Shown piece by piece: positions 1 to 9,651 of a stretch of 64,000 bases of DNA. The stretch comes from an uncultured virus (IMG/VR IMGVR_UViG_3300025803_002109) (taxonomy: Duplodnaviria; Heunggongvirae; Uroviricota; Caudoviricetes). The first letter of the stretch is position 1. The number at the start of each line of letters is the position of its first letter. The notes under the pieces are model-generated. The model ran no database searches. It was given only the letters and a program-made list of their open reading frames with translations, and was not told the DNA's origin. The stretch lies in IMG/VR virus record IMGVR_UViG_3300025803_002109; one strand, written 5' to 3'. The translations under genes were made by a program, and so were the position numbers.

Positions 1-43
1 GCGTTGCATAGGGTACCCTCTGATACCAATACGAAACAGAGGT

Positions 44-256
44 TCATTCTTCCTCGGAATTCCCGATATTAGAATATATCATGGATGTAACGTGAGCAAT
101 CAGCGCGAGAAGAAGGTAGGCTACGGTGATTGGGATTCCAAAAATCAGGATTACTACCCCAGATATCGGTTCCTCGATTACACTTGAAATTAGGACGACC
201 ATTGCCACTATGTAAACAAATAGCAGTAGGCCTTGTATCACTAAACTATCTCTCAT
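44..256 (-). CDS. Small membrane protein (2 TM)
   Basis: 70 aa, two hydrophobic helices, acidic C-terminus (SEEE) as in other small ORFs here. Confidence 0.55.
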   Translation of the reverse strand: MRDSLVIQGLLLFVYIVAMVVLISSVIEEPISGVVILIFGIPITVAYLLLALIAHVTSMIYSNIGNSEEE

Positions 257-492
257 GTTTTCATTATATTAGATTTTGCTTTACAGGGTAGCGAATACTG
301 AAACTATAGCGCCCCCCATTGCTTATTTGGAATAACTAATGGGTTATGATGTCAATCCCAATGGTTCAGATTTGAGCATAGTTACCGTTACACTGCAATA
401 CAGCGTATTCGCTACCCTTACGCTCGGGTATAGTCGTATGGGTCCCACTCAGTATTTTTTGTCGGCACTAATTTCAAAACAGCAGACTCCCC

Positions 493-1239
493 GTGGTTAT
501 CTCAATGGAAGACGAGGAGAACTGGTGGTTACTCGATCATCTATCCGAAGAGAGTGAATTGTCTGAAGAACAAAATCCACCTAATGAACTCCTCCCCGAG
601 AGCATCGGAAGAGAAAAAACAGATTCTATTATTGAAGAAACTAGTTCCGTAATCGAAGAGACATACACTCGACAACAATATCCCGCACAATCTGAAGAAA
701 ATGGATTTCTTGGTTTCTCTTGGCTAACAAGAGGTGAGGCTGTCACATTCATAGTGATTTTTATCCTAGCCTTTTCTTTTGTTGTGGGAGGGATTTTACT
801 AATGCCATCTGCTCCTACTTACGAACAAAATGAAGCGGTTATTCTGACATCATATGCTGATTACGACATATATGAGGCAAGTAGTTGTGATGACGATAAT
901 AATGGAGGTCTTGATTGTGATTATTGGACTAAAATTGAGTGTTGGGCAGATATCGATTTGTATCACGTTGTCGATTCCGTCAATTATACAACACAATTGA
1001 ATAGATGGGAAGTATATGATGAGAATTACCATCGAGATGCTGAATCAGATTGTATCAGTTTCGTTGAAAACGAGACTCTATCTCCTGGTGTCGAAATTCA
1101 GATTTTCTACAATGTGGAGAATCCTGAAAAGGCGTATCAGATTCCTCCTATCCACGCTGGAGAAATACTTTTCACTACTGGAATACTATGTTTTGGATCA
1201 CTACCATTGGTTTTTCTATACATAAGGTTCAATTATTAA
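493..1239 (+). CDS. Two-TM membrane protein with Cys-containing external loop (DUF3592-like layout)
   Basis: Acidic N-terminus, TM, beta-rich loop ending GVEIQIFYNVENPEKA, C-terminal TM. Confidence 0.65.
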   Translation: MVISMEDEENWWLLDHLSEESELSEEQNPPNELLPESIGREKTDSIIEETSSVIEETYTRQQYPAQSEENGFLGFSWLTRGEAVTFIVIFILAFSFVVGGILLMPSAPTYEQNEAVILTSYADYDIYEASSCDDDNNGGLDCDYWTKIECWADIDLYHVVDSVNYTTQLNRWEVYDENYHRDAESDCISFVENETLSPGVEIQIFYNVENPEKAYQIPPIHAGEILFTTGILCFGSLPLVFLYIRFNY

Positions 1240-1255
1240 TTTCTGGAGGGATACA

Positions 1256-1498
1256 TTGGGAATAATTTCTGACTATATGAAATATGAAGTAGAGCAGACT
1301 AAATATTCACTTTGGAATATTATTCGCTATCCTCTTTGGAGCCTCTTGAATGTATTCGCTTTCTTCTTGTTTATAGTTCCTTGGCAACTATATCGCTATG
1401 ATATTTTGACTACATTCGAAGCCATCGGAATTAATTTATTGATTCCAATTTCATTATCTACTTTTGTATTCTTTTGGCCAGACAAGTCACCATATTAG
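1256..1498 (+). CDS. Small membrane protein
   Basis: GGAGG Shine-Dalgarno before TTG; two hydrophobic segments. Confidence 0.6.
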   Translation: MGIISDYMKYEVEQTKYSLWNIIRYPLWSLLNVFAFFLFIVPWQLYRYDILTTFEAIGINLLIPISLSTFVFFWPDKSPY

Positions 1499-1571
1499 AT
1501 TAATTTAGATTAATTATATTTTGTAATTTAATTTAATACTTTTTCCAAAAGTTAGTTAATTATTTCATTTC

Positions 1572-1583
1572 GCCGCTACCGGC
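1572..1583. promoter_or_regulatory. Palindromic operator candidate GCCGCTACCGGC
   Basis: Ends 15 nt before the TATA box at 1598; its reverse complement sits at the same distance before the RNR TATA box. Confidence 0.4.
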
Positions 1584-1616
1584 ATAAAGTGCTTCTATTA
1601 AATACCTAGTGTTTAT

Positions 1617-2504
1617 ATGAAAACTATGAACGTCCATAGTCCACACAGTTCTATGAAACATTTGGATCGAGTTCATATAATTATGCCTATTCATAATGTT
1701 CCCTATGATTCTTTTAAGCGAGCAATTCAATCAGTTATGCGTCAATCATTTAGAAAATGGAGATTGACTATTATCGAATCCGAAGAATCTGTAGCCTTAA
1801 GTTCAGTTCGAAAAGAATATGCAATCGATGCGGCAACCGAAGATTCTAGAATAGTTTATAAAGTTCAAAAAAGACCCGGAGTTTCTGCAGCCCGAAATGA
1901 AGCCATAGCAGAAGAAAACACGCCTTTAATCGCTTTCCTAGATGGAGATGATTGGTGGGAACCGCAATATTTAGAAATTATGGCCGGATCCGCTTTTGCG
2001 AATCCAAACACAGATATGTTTTTCTGCCGAGCAGTCTATCAAAACATTGTAGTGTCTCAAATTACTGGTGCAAATGATGTGCATATACTTCCTTTTGAAG
2101 AATATGAAGATATAGAATATGTTCACGAAGATCTAATGCATTATTATTTTATGACGACACCTGTTTATCCTTCTGGATTAGTTGTTCGAAGAGAGGCAAT
2201 GGAGCAAGTAGGAAATTTTGATGAAACTTTAAATCGTGTAGAAGATGTAGATCTTTTAATGAAATTAACTATGCCAGCAATAGAAACCGGTATCGCTAGA
2301 AAAATTCTATACTTGCCATATGATCTCATGTTTAGAGATATGTCTAAAGAAGATACTAAAGTTCCGGCCTGGAATACTCCAGAAGAGTTTCAAGATATTT
2401 TAGTTTCTCGTTATCCACTTCCGTGGCCTCATTCTAAACCCGAACATATTTCAGAGATAGAGTGGAGTTGTATCCTAGATTTAACTGCCAACTTAAGGTC
2501 TTGA
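1617..2504 (+). CDS. Glycosyltransferase family 2 (GT-A fold)
   Basis: IIMPIHN, RAIQSVMRQS, GVSAARNEAI, IAFLDGDD (DxD), VGNFDE...EDVDL motifs. Confidence 0.9.
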   Translation: MKTMNVHSPHSSMKHLDRVHIIMPIHNVPYDSFKRAIQSVMRQSFRKWRLTIIESEESVALSSVRKEYAIDAATEDSRIVYKVQKRPGVSAARNEAIAEENTPLIAFLDGDDWWEPQYLEIMAGSAFANPNTDMFFCRAVYQNIVVSQITGANDVHILPFEEYEDIEYVHEDLMHYYFMTTPVYPSGLVVRREAMEQVGNFDETLNRVEDVDLLMKLTMPAIETGIARKILYLPYDLMFRDMSKEDTKVPAWNTPEEFQDILVSRYPLPWPHSKPEHISEIEWSCILDLTANLRS

Positions 2505-2541
2505 ATACACAAGAGCAACCCCTAGGACAAAGTATATATAC

Positions 2542-3015
2542 TTGGTTTTCCCTGATATGGTTATGGGACTATGGCTACACGCAGATTCGCTGGACGATAT
2601 TGAGATAATTTTGGATGGTGATCCAATAGATGATTCTTTTGTTGCTTATGAACTAACAAATATTCATTCTACAGAAGAAGTAGAATTCATGTCTATGGCT
2701 AAGAAAATAGTTATTGACGCAGACTATGATTTATTATTTTCTTTATTCGGTTCACCGAATGTAAACACATCACCCACACTACTAGATACCAATGTAGAAT
2801 GGGATTTGAAAGTTAGAGCCTATGCGGGCAGAGAAGGTTGGGAGGCTGGACACATTTATGCAGCGAGCGAAAATTATACTATCAGGATTTATGATGGAGA
2901 TGCTAGTGATTCAGATAATTTTAGATTAAATACTCGATGGAATGTTGCTAGTGAGATTTCTCCTATCGTTTTAGAAGAAGATATGGAAAATATTTTAACA
3001 GGACAGAGGAGATGA
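2542..3015 (+). CDS. Hypothetical protein
   Basis: 157 aa acidic ORF, first of a tightly packed run. Confidence 0.65.
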   Translation: MVFPDMVMGLWLHADSLDDIEIILDGDPIDDSFVAYELTNIHSTEEVEFMSMAKKIVIDADYDLLFSLFGSPNVNTSPTLLDTNVEWDLKVRAYAGREGWEAGHIYAASENYTIRIYDGDASDSDNFRLNTRWNVASEISPIVLEEDMENILTGQRR

Positions 3016-3019
3016 TTAA

Positions 3020-3310
3020 ATGGCTTATTTATTAAAAGTAGATGGAACAATGGAATATATGGGGCAAAACCCTCCACTTAAATTACTACAGAAGGCTGTT
3101 GGTGGTTGGATAGAACCTGTCATGATGGCTAATGGAGATATTATGTATTGTAATGAAGAAGGTAAAATAATGGATTTGCCACACAACCCTGCCGCCAACA
3201 AACTTATTAGTTTTGCCTATGACTACATAGTAGGAGATGTGGTCGTTATGAGTGATGATATGCCGAGTCCAACGAATGAGAATTTATTAAAAACAGGTGA
3301 TGATGAATGA
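3020..3310 (+). CDS. DUF3846-like protein
   Basis: LQKAVGGWIE...YCNEEGK...LPHNPAAN...IVGDVVV pattern. Confidence 0.75.
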   Translation: MAYLLKVDGTMEYMGQNPPLKLLQKAVGGWIEPVMMANGDIMYCNEEGKIMDLPHNPAANKLISFAYDYIVGDVVVMSDDMPSPTNENLLKTGDDE

Positions 3311-3546
3311 AAGATAAACAAATGTTTAGAATAAATGAGGCCAGATTAGATTATCTAATGACACTATCTGGAGATGAATTAGTAGCCGAAATATGCCGTA
3401 TGACAGATTCCGTAATATCTCATTTACAACTATTAGATAGGGTAATTATTTCTGGAGAAATAGACCAGCGTAAAGCACTACTAACTTCTGAAGTAGATCT
3501 TAGAGCCAGTTTAGGTATTGAATTACTTCCGTATGGTTTGGAGTAA
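3307..3546 (+). CDS. Hypothetical protein
   Basis: ATGA overlap with upstream gene; AGGTGA Shine-Dalgarno. Confidence 0.65.
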   Translation: MKDKQMFRINEARLDYLMTLSGDELVAEICRMTDSVISHLQLLDRVIISGEIDQRKALLTSEVDLRASLGIELLPYGLE

Positions 3547-3561
3547 ATAGGGGTTGAATAA

Positions 3562-3855
3562 ATGAAATCTAATTATTCTATTCCCGCCGGTGAACCGTGT
3601 CATTCATGCAACAATTATGTGCATGATTTGTCAATTCATCCGATTACCAAAAAATTATCATGTTTTCTTTGTATTAGCAAAATAAAGTCTCCTTGTGATA
3701 TTTGTAAAGATGACGTTCCATTAGGAACGGGGGCGCATATCCCAACAATAGAGGGGAGAAATTTTCATTCGGTTTGTGATAAATGTGCCGAACTGTATGC
3801 TTCTGATGATGAGGCTTTTCAAGATATGGTCGCACAAGTGAGGCGAGAAAGATGA
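3562..3855 (+). CDS. Zn-finger protein
   Basis: Four CxxC pairs (CHSC, CFLC, CDIC, CDKC). Confidence 0.7.
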   Translation: MKSNYSIPAGEPCHSCNNYVHDLSIHPITKKLSCFLCISKIKSPCDICKDDVPLGTGAHIPTIEGRNFHSVCDKCAELYASDDEAFQDMVAQVRRER

Positions 3856-3953
3856 CCGCATTCGACAAGGCTTGGGGTATCGCTAAAGAAGCAGATTGGG
3901 ATACGAGTTTTAATTTCAAAGAAGATCGATATTTAAGTATGGAGGACTAATTA

Positions 3954-4508
3954 ATGAATATTTTTGTTCTCGATGAGGATCCGGTGAAAGCCGCACTATC
4001 ATTATGTAAAAAACACATCAATAAAATGTGTTTAGAATCAACACAAATGTTAGTAAGTGCGCTTCGATTTAATGGGGCACAAGATTCAGATCTTCCTTTA
4101 ACTCAATCTGGAAAAGTTTGGAAAGGAGGTTATGCTAATCATCCTTGCACTCGTTGGACGCAAGAAAATATTTCTAATTGGTATTGGCTATGGTTGCACG
4201 GAACAACGCTAGCGGCCAGATATCAAACTTATCATCCCGAATCTAGAGTTCACGCTTGCTATCCTGTTCTAATGGAATTGCACAAAATCATGGAAAAATT
4301 TATGCCAATTGGAAAGTTAACTAAATTTGCTCAAGCCATGCCAGATGAATATATGGTTTCCGAAAATCCGGTAATAAATTATCGCCATTATTATTCACAC
4401 GGAAAAAAGTATATGAATTCTGGGAAGGGACCTCAGTGGCATAACTCCCATGAAATTCCTAGTTGGTTTCCTACTACTGATTGGGTGGCTCCACAGAACT
4501 CTAATTAA
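3954..4508 (+). CDS. Pyrimidine-dimer DNA glycosylase (T4 endonuclease V/DenV-like family)
   Basis: MNIFVLD...KH.NKM.LESTQML, YANHPCTRW, FAQAMPDEY, YRHYY; GGAGG Shine-Dalgarno. Confidence 0.85.
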   Translation: MNIFVLDEDPVKAALSLCKKHINKMCLESTQMLVSALRFNGAQDSDLPLTQSGKVWKGGYANHPCTRWTQENISNWYWLWLHGTTLAARYQTYHPESRVHACYPVLMELHKIMEKFMPIGKLTKFAQAMPDEYMVSENPVINYRHYYSHGKKYMNSGKGPQWHNSHEIPSWFPTTDWVAPQNSN

Positions 4509-4562
4509 TTTAAATTAATTTAATTAATCTTTAAATAGTAGTTAACTCTATCAATAGATTGT

Positions 4563-4826
4563 ATGGCTAGCCTTCCAGAACAATTTTATCAAACCGAGAA
4601 AAAACCTTTGCATATCGCAGGTTATACTCTAGCACTAGGATTAGTAATCGTGGGAGTAGCAGAAACAGTTCATGGAATTTACTATCGAATTGTAAATAAG
4701 GGTGGTAGCATTGCCAGCCTTTTATTAGGTCCGGAAACTTTAATTGCAGGTGCCGGAGTTGCTTATCTTTATCTTAGACAAGCCGGAGTAGTGGGCAGTG
4801 TTAAAGATTTAAAATCCGGTTATTAA
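4563..4826 (+). CDS. Small membrane protein
   Basis: Two hydrophobic helices; TTAAATAG box at 4531. Confidence 0.75.
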   Translation: MASLPEQFYQTEKKPLHIAGYTLALGLVIVGVAETVHGIYYRIVNKGGSIASLLLGPETLIAGAGVAYLYLRQAGVVGSVKDLKSGY

Positions 4827-4881
4827 AATTCCTTTAAGGTTATTTCATACAGAAATAATTAACCTAACAGAGGAAAAATAA

Positions 4882-4989
4882 ATGAATCATTTGTTGAAGA
4901 ATATGAAGGATTTATTAAACACATTAATAATTATTTTCGTTTTAGCAGGAACTGCACTTCTAATTAGTCTCGGTAAAGGATTATACTGA
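4882..4989 (+). CDS. 35-aa membrane peptide (not in ORF track)
   Basis: GAGG Shine-Dalgarno; MNHLLKNMKDLLNTLIIIFVLAGTALLISLGKGLY. Confidence 0.4.
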   Translation: MNHLLKNMKDLLNTLIIIFVLAGTALLISLGKGLY

Positions 4990-5266
4990 TGGAGATGACT
5001 GGGGTTGAAAATTTTGATAGTAAATGATTGGAACCTGGTGACACAGATATTGCTCCAGTAGTTTTACTAATAGGATTTAAATTAATTAACCTGGGTTTCT
5101 AAATTATTGGAATGTTTGGAAAGCAGTTCGAGGGTCTAAACCCATAGTAAAATAAATTCTAGATAAATTATTCTTTTGCATTATCCAGAAGTATCAAATA
5201 GTTCATAGTTAGTCTATACAATAATTGGGGGCGTGAATACATGAGTAAAAATTTGGAGTTGATTAA

Positions 5267-6451
5267 TTGAGTAGTAGTTCAATTCCCCCTCAAAGATATG
5301 TTCTTATTGATGCTGGATATTTTATAGGTCGTCAGACTAGATGGTGGCGGCCTAGAGCCAGTCCACGCCGAAGGTGGGGCATCTATAAAAATAATCCTAC
5401 TACTGAAAACTATAGTAAATATATTGAATCTTGTGCTAAAGAACTTAAAAAAGATATTGGATTTCTAAAGTTCAGAATTAATAATTCTGGGTTCGGTAAA
5501 CCAGATACTAAAATAATCGTTTGTTATGATGGAGTTCAGGGTAAAATAAAAAGATTAAATAAATTTGAGGCTTATAAGGCTCACCGAAATGCGGGTTCTG
5601 AATTTAAATCTGAAGATGGATCCATTCCAGACCTTCGAAAAAACTTTATTGAATATGGATACGATCCCTCTGCTTTAGTTTCTTTTTCTCCAAAATCTAG
5701 AATGACTGATTGGAGTTCTCTTTATGAGGCCGACAAAGAAGCCGATGATTTAATTGCCGAAAAAGTATTATCTATTTTAACCGACCGAGCGTCACATCCA
5801 GATAAATTTAATCCTAAAATATTAATTATTTCTTCCGATGCCGATCTCTGGCAACTCTGGAAGTATACAGATCCCACTACTCCAAAAACTTTTTTAGGAA
5901 ATACTGCGGATCCCTCAGATCCAATAGTTCCCACTAGTATACTATTTCACAATATGAAAGAAATCATTACTCCAGATTCTGCTATGGAATTGCTACGGTC
6001 TACTAAGTCCAGTAAATCCGGAACTTATAGCACTTCGCTCCCGTCTTGGAGTCTTTATGCCGATCTCAAATCTATTACTGGAGATAATTCTGATAACATT
6101 CCGGGTTGTCCCGATACTGGTTTCGCCCGTGCCTCCCGTTTAATAACTACCTACCAGGGTCTTGAATACATTCCAGATGAATATCTTACTATTTATTTCG
6201 TAGCCGATCCAAAATATATTTCTGAAAAATTAGAAGCCTGGAGAGCAGAGAATAATTATACTTACAAATATTGTATAGAAACTTATGGGAACTTTTGTAA
6301 GTCACTCATGAAACAAGAAATCAAAAAGATTTGGGGAGAAGACTATCTAAAAATAAAAGATATCGTAGGTGATCAAGGATTTGTTAGCACTAATTATAAA
6401 TCACATTGTCTAACTTACCGAGAAATCATAAAATTGCCTTTCGATTGCTAG
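5267..6451 (+). CDS. 5'-3' exonuclease / flap endonuclease (PolI 5' nuclease, T5 D15, T4 RNase H type)
   Basis: LIDAGY, VCYDG, YKAHR, EADDLIA, ISSDADLWQL, GDNSDNIPG (H3TH). Confidence 0.9.
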   Translation: MSSSSIPPQRYVLIDAGYFIGRQTRWWRPRASPRRRWGIYKNNPTTENYSKYIESCAKELKKDIGFLKFRINNSGFGKPDTKIIVCYDGVQGKIKRLNKFEAYKAHRNAGSEFKSEDGSIPDLRKNFIEYGYDPSALVSFSPKSRMTDWSSLYEADKEADDLIAEKVLSILTDRASHPDKFNPKILIISSDADLWQLWKYTDPTTPKTFLGNTADPSDPIVPTSILFHNMKEIITPDSAMELLRSTKSSKSGTYSTSLPSWSLYADLKSITGDNSDNIPGCPDTGFARASRLITTYQGLEYIPDEYLTIYFVADPKYISEKLEAWRAENNYTYKYCIETYGNFCKSLMKQEIKKIWGEDYLKIKDIVGDQGFVSTNYKSHCLTYREIIKLPFDC

Positions 6452-6862
6452 CGTTAACTTTTCTTTCATTTGAAAACAAATATCTTCAGATCTACTCGGA
6501 TCCACTCCTAAATAAAAATATTCTTCGGATCCCTGGTAGAAACTTTCTTTGTATTTTTTTCTTTTGATATAACTGGGTAATCTATCAATCAACCATTTGG
6601 CCTGGTTTTCTTTTCTTAGTAAACCCCAATATTCTACAATTATTGGATACTCAAATTTCCAGCCACCTTTACCATAAATTATCCAGTCAGGAGTAAAAGT
6701 TTCTTCTCCAAATTGAACTTTCGGTTCATAAACATAATCGAATCCATGAGTATATATCCAATCATCTAACTTAGCCTCCGCCCAACTAACAACATTATTA
6801 CCGGCACGAGTTTTAACTTTCGAGGAAGCCGATTTTCCTCGTGGCTTAGATTTGGCCATCAT
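6410..6862 (-). CDS. PD-(D/E)xK restriction-endonuclease-like nuclease
   Basis: SWAE.KLDDW...YVYEP...FTPDW...IIVEYWG; TATA-like TCAAATAG about 29 nt upstream on the - strand. Confidence 0.7.
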   Translation of the reverse strand: MMAKSKPRGKSASSKVKTRAGNNVVSWAEAKLDDWIYTHGFDYVYEPKVQFGEETFTPDWIIYGKGGWKFEYPIIVEYWGLLRKENQAKWLIDRLPSYIKRKKYKESFYQGSEEYFYLGVDPSRSEDICFQMKEKLTLAIERQFYDFSVS

Positions 6863-6955
6863 TTAATTAATATTATTTTTCTACTATTTGATAACTCGTG
6901 ATATGACGGACATAAGAAAACAAGTTCAGAAGTGTTAAATAGGTAGTCTTCAGTA

Positions 6956-7237
6956 ATGAGAATAATGACGAACGAGATGCGTATTTCAATTAGAAATTTA
7001 GAAGAGGCCATAGAGTTTTCAGGGCCTACAGGAGAAGGAAATCATCGATTAGTATATCATTTACTTTGTATGCTTCAAGAAGCCGGTTGGAACTGGAGAA
7101 AACAATATAGTATAGTTCTTTATGACGAAGAATCGGAACCAGAATATGACCCCTTATATGCTAATTATTTAGATAATTTGGCTTGTGGTTTAGATGCTGG
7201 AAAGTGGCCCTCAGATTATAAAGATGAAGAGGAGTAA
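6956..7237 (+). CDS. Hypothetical protein (start probably 6965)
   Basis: TTAAATAG at 6935 is 30 nt before the ATG at 6965. Confidence 0.7.
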   Translation: MRIMTNEMRISIRNLEEAIEFSGPTGEGNHRLVYHLLCMLQEAGWNWRKQYSIVLYDEESEPEYDPLYANYLDNLACGLDAGKWPSDYKDEEE

Positions 7238-7243
7238 TTCTTT

Positions 7244-7603
7244 ATGGATATCAGCAATGAAATTCTAGGAATTTATGCTTTACTAGGTTTAATTACCTCT
7301 GGCATAGGATACCTTATTTTACTTTTAAGAGAGATGCGAACTGATGTAGAATGCACACATGAGACTATGCATGAATTTTATGAAGAAACATTACCCGAGT
7401 TATATACCTTGATGACATTAAGTTTGACGAATAGTGAATTGTCTGATTTAATGTCAGAGTCTCAGAATATATCTGATTCCGAAAATTCCGCAATCATAGC
7501 CGACTGGGACGCAGGAATCACAAATAAAATTATTGAAAATATTTTCCAGGAATCCGCTGAAGATGATTGTGATTGTAATTGCAGTCATGATTCCGAAGAG
7601 TAA
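7244..7603 (+). CDS. N-terminally anchored acidic protein
   Basis: One N-terminal TM; C-terminal CDCNC. Confidence 0.7.
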   Translation: MDISNEILGIYALLGLITSGIGYLILLLREMRTDVECTHETMHEFYEETLPELYTLMTLSLTNSELSDLMSESQNISDSENSAIIADWDAGITNKIIENIFQESAEDDCDCNCSHDSEE

Positions 7604-7642
7604 TCATAAATCTTATATAGGTAGTAATATATACCATATATT

Positions 7643-8176
7643 ATGCACTTCGGAGATGATTACGACCCTAGAGATATATTTAATCACGAATTCAATTTTG
7701 ATAATTGGGTTGAACTAAAAGATGAAATTCTTTCTAATAAAGATTTTTCACTTAGGGAACAGTATGAACAACTTAAAGCAACAGTAGACGAAGTAATGGA
7801 AGAAGTGCCTTATTCAGAATTCACCGCAGATCTAGGAATTGAATCCACTAGTAACTCTCCTTCTAACTCTCAAATGAGAGAAGACATTTTACATCGTTCT
7901 TGGCAAGTCCTCTATCCAGAGGCACTTTGGATTCACGTAACTTATGATTTTAATGCTTTTGGATTCGGTAAACATCGTATCATGCCCGAAATATGTTATT
8001 CGGATTGGCTGGCAGAAAAAGGATTCATTGTAATCGATGAATCTGGCTATCCTAGTCTTCAAGATGAAGATGTAGTCGCCGTCATTGGCAGTTATAAAAC
8101 TGTGATTCGCTCTAAGAATTCTCGAGCAGCATCTAACAAAGATACTCGAAAAGGTTCTATGAAGGATTGGAGATAG
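7643..8176 (+). CDS. Hypothetical protein
   Basis: TTATATAG at 7613, 30 nt before ATG. Confidence 0.75.
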   Translation: MHFGDDYDPRDIFNHEFNFDNWVELKDEILSNKDFSLREQYEQLKATVDEVMEEVPYSEFTADLGIESTSNSPSNSQMREDILHRSWQVLYPEALWIHVTYDFNAFGFGKHRIMPEICYSDWLAEKGFIVIDESGYPSLQDEDVVAVIGSYKTVIRSKNSRAASNKDTRKGSMKDWR

Positions 8177-8191
8177 GGAGGTCTTGAATAC

Positions 8192-8974
8192 ATGAGTTGG
8201 ACTATTGATATTCACGAAGACGCTTGGTTTGCTTTGCATTTGAACGGAAGCCATGAGGGACTGCCCGAAGGTGATTTCAAATACGAAAGTAATAATAGAG
8301 TTGCCCTCGTAGAAAGAAAAACTTGGTCGGACGCTTACAACTCTTGGAGGTCTAAAAGATTAGAAGATCAACTTTCTCGAATGCTTCTTCGAGAAGATGT
8401 CAATCATCCCTCACAAGTAATTTTACTAGTCGAGGGTCGCAAAGAAACTTTATTTGGATACGGCTCCGGAAGTTCTAGAAAAACTAATGCTGACAGCAAA
8501 AAGCAAGCCGAGAATTTACAAGCATTTTTAAATAGAATTTCTGCTGAAATTTGTCCAGTCGTATATACTTCGGGACAGTCTGGAACTTTGCGTTATCTCA
8601 AAGCATTGGCTACTCGTTTAGATTCCGGAGATTTTGGAGATCTAGTTCGTAAGCCGACCATAGTTAGTTCTTCTCGAAATCAATCTCATGCTTTCTTAGA
8701 AACAATTCCTGGAATTGGAAAGACTACGGCTAAGAAAATTGCGGCTCATTATAATTCTTTTAGTGAATTCTTTATGGATTTAAATTCTTTTTCTTTTGAA
8801 GCCGAAACTAATCAACCCGGATCCTCTGATCAAGAACTTATGAAAACTTTTTTATGGAAGTTAGGTCCTGCCAAAGTTAAATCTCTAAAAACATTTTTAA
8901 CTGCCGAAGACAACTGGGTCAGCCATCAAACTAAAACTCCGAGAGAGGTCTTGAAGACAATAGGTGGTAGTTAA
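8192..8974 (+). CDS. ERCC4-type (XPF/Mus81/Hef) structure-specific nuclease with HhH
   Basis: GDF...VERKTWSD (GDxnERKx3D), RLEDQLSRM, LLVEG, IPGIGKTTA. Confidence 0.9.
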   Translation: MSWTIDIHEDAWFALHLNGSHEGLPEGDFKYESNNRVALVERKTWSDAYNSWRSKRLEDQLSRMLLREDVNHPSQVILLVEGRKETLFGYGSGSSRKTNADSKKQAENLQAFLNRISAEICPVVYTSGQSGTLRYLKALATRLDSGDFGDLVRKPTIVSSSRNQSHAFLETIPGIGKTTAKKIAAHYNSFSEFFMDLNSFSFEAETNQPGSSDQELMKTFLWKLGPAKVKSLKTFLTAEDNWVSHQTKTPREVLKTIGGS

Positions 8975-9156
8975 TGACACCTCAATTTATTTGTAAGGCG
9001 TGTGAACAAGCCATAGTATATTATGAAAAACCAGGAAACTATCGATGTTTTTGTGGAGATGTAGTTTTAACTTATACTGTGCAAGGATATATTCGCACTA
9101 ATTGTGCCGCCGATAAAGTAGAAGTAATTTGGCCAACTGATGACTCTGAAGAATAA
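8974..9156 (+). CDS. Small Zn-ribbon protein
   Basis: CKAC...CFCG; TAATG overlap with upstream stop. Confidence 0.65.
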   Translation: MTPQFICKACEQAIVYYEKPGNYRCFCGDVVLTYTVQGYIRTNCAADKVEVIWPTDDSEE

Positions 9157-9281
9157 ATTAACAGAACAATTAAATAACAAAAGGAAGGACACGTATATGT
9201 GTCCCTTAGTAAACATAGTTTAGGTTATGATTTGTTCTTAGTTCAAGAAGTTAAGATCTCCAGTAAAGAGGAAGAATAACT

Positions 9282-9422
9282 ATGATATACAATTGTCCAG
9301 TTTGTCGAATGCCTATCGAATTAGGAGCCCCATTTACTACGGACAGAACTGGTCGCCGTCATCATTTGCACTGTAATAAAAATACAGTCGTTAAATTTCC
9401 TTGGGGGAATCGAAAAGTATGA
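9282..9422 (+). CDS. 46-aa Zn-finger peptide (not in ORF track)
   Basis: MIYNCPVCRMPIELG...HHLHC; GAGG Shine-Dalgarno; ATGA overlap with next ORF. Confidence 0.55.
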   Translation: MIYNCPVCRMPIELGAPFTTDRTGRRHHLHCNKNTVVKFPWGNRKV

Positions 9423-9610
9423 GTTTATTATCAGATATTCCTAATACCGACACTAGACCTTGTGCGAAGTGTGAAGATAATCTAAGTTCTAGAAAACTTT
9501 GTTTACTTTGTGATACTATTTATTGTTATAGCACTCCTATTCAATTTTGTTGTTATGGGAGTCATGATTGCATTGGATATGATGATAATGGGAATCCCGT
9601 ATTAGGATAA
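9419..9610 (+). CDS. Small Cys-rich Zn-binding protein
   Basis: CAKC, CLLC, CC..HDC; ATG at 9419 overlaps the previous stop. Confidence 0.6.
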   Translation: MSLLSDIPNTDTRPCAKCEDNLSSRKLCLLCDTIYCYSTPIQFCCYGSHDCIGYDDNGNPVLG

Positions 9611-9651
9611 CTACCCATATTCTTATATAGCAGAGAGAAGTAATAAATGAT

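Noticed and set aside
339..557. 72-aa ORF
   Set aside because: Overlaps the better 493-1239 gene, with no motifs or start signals.
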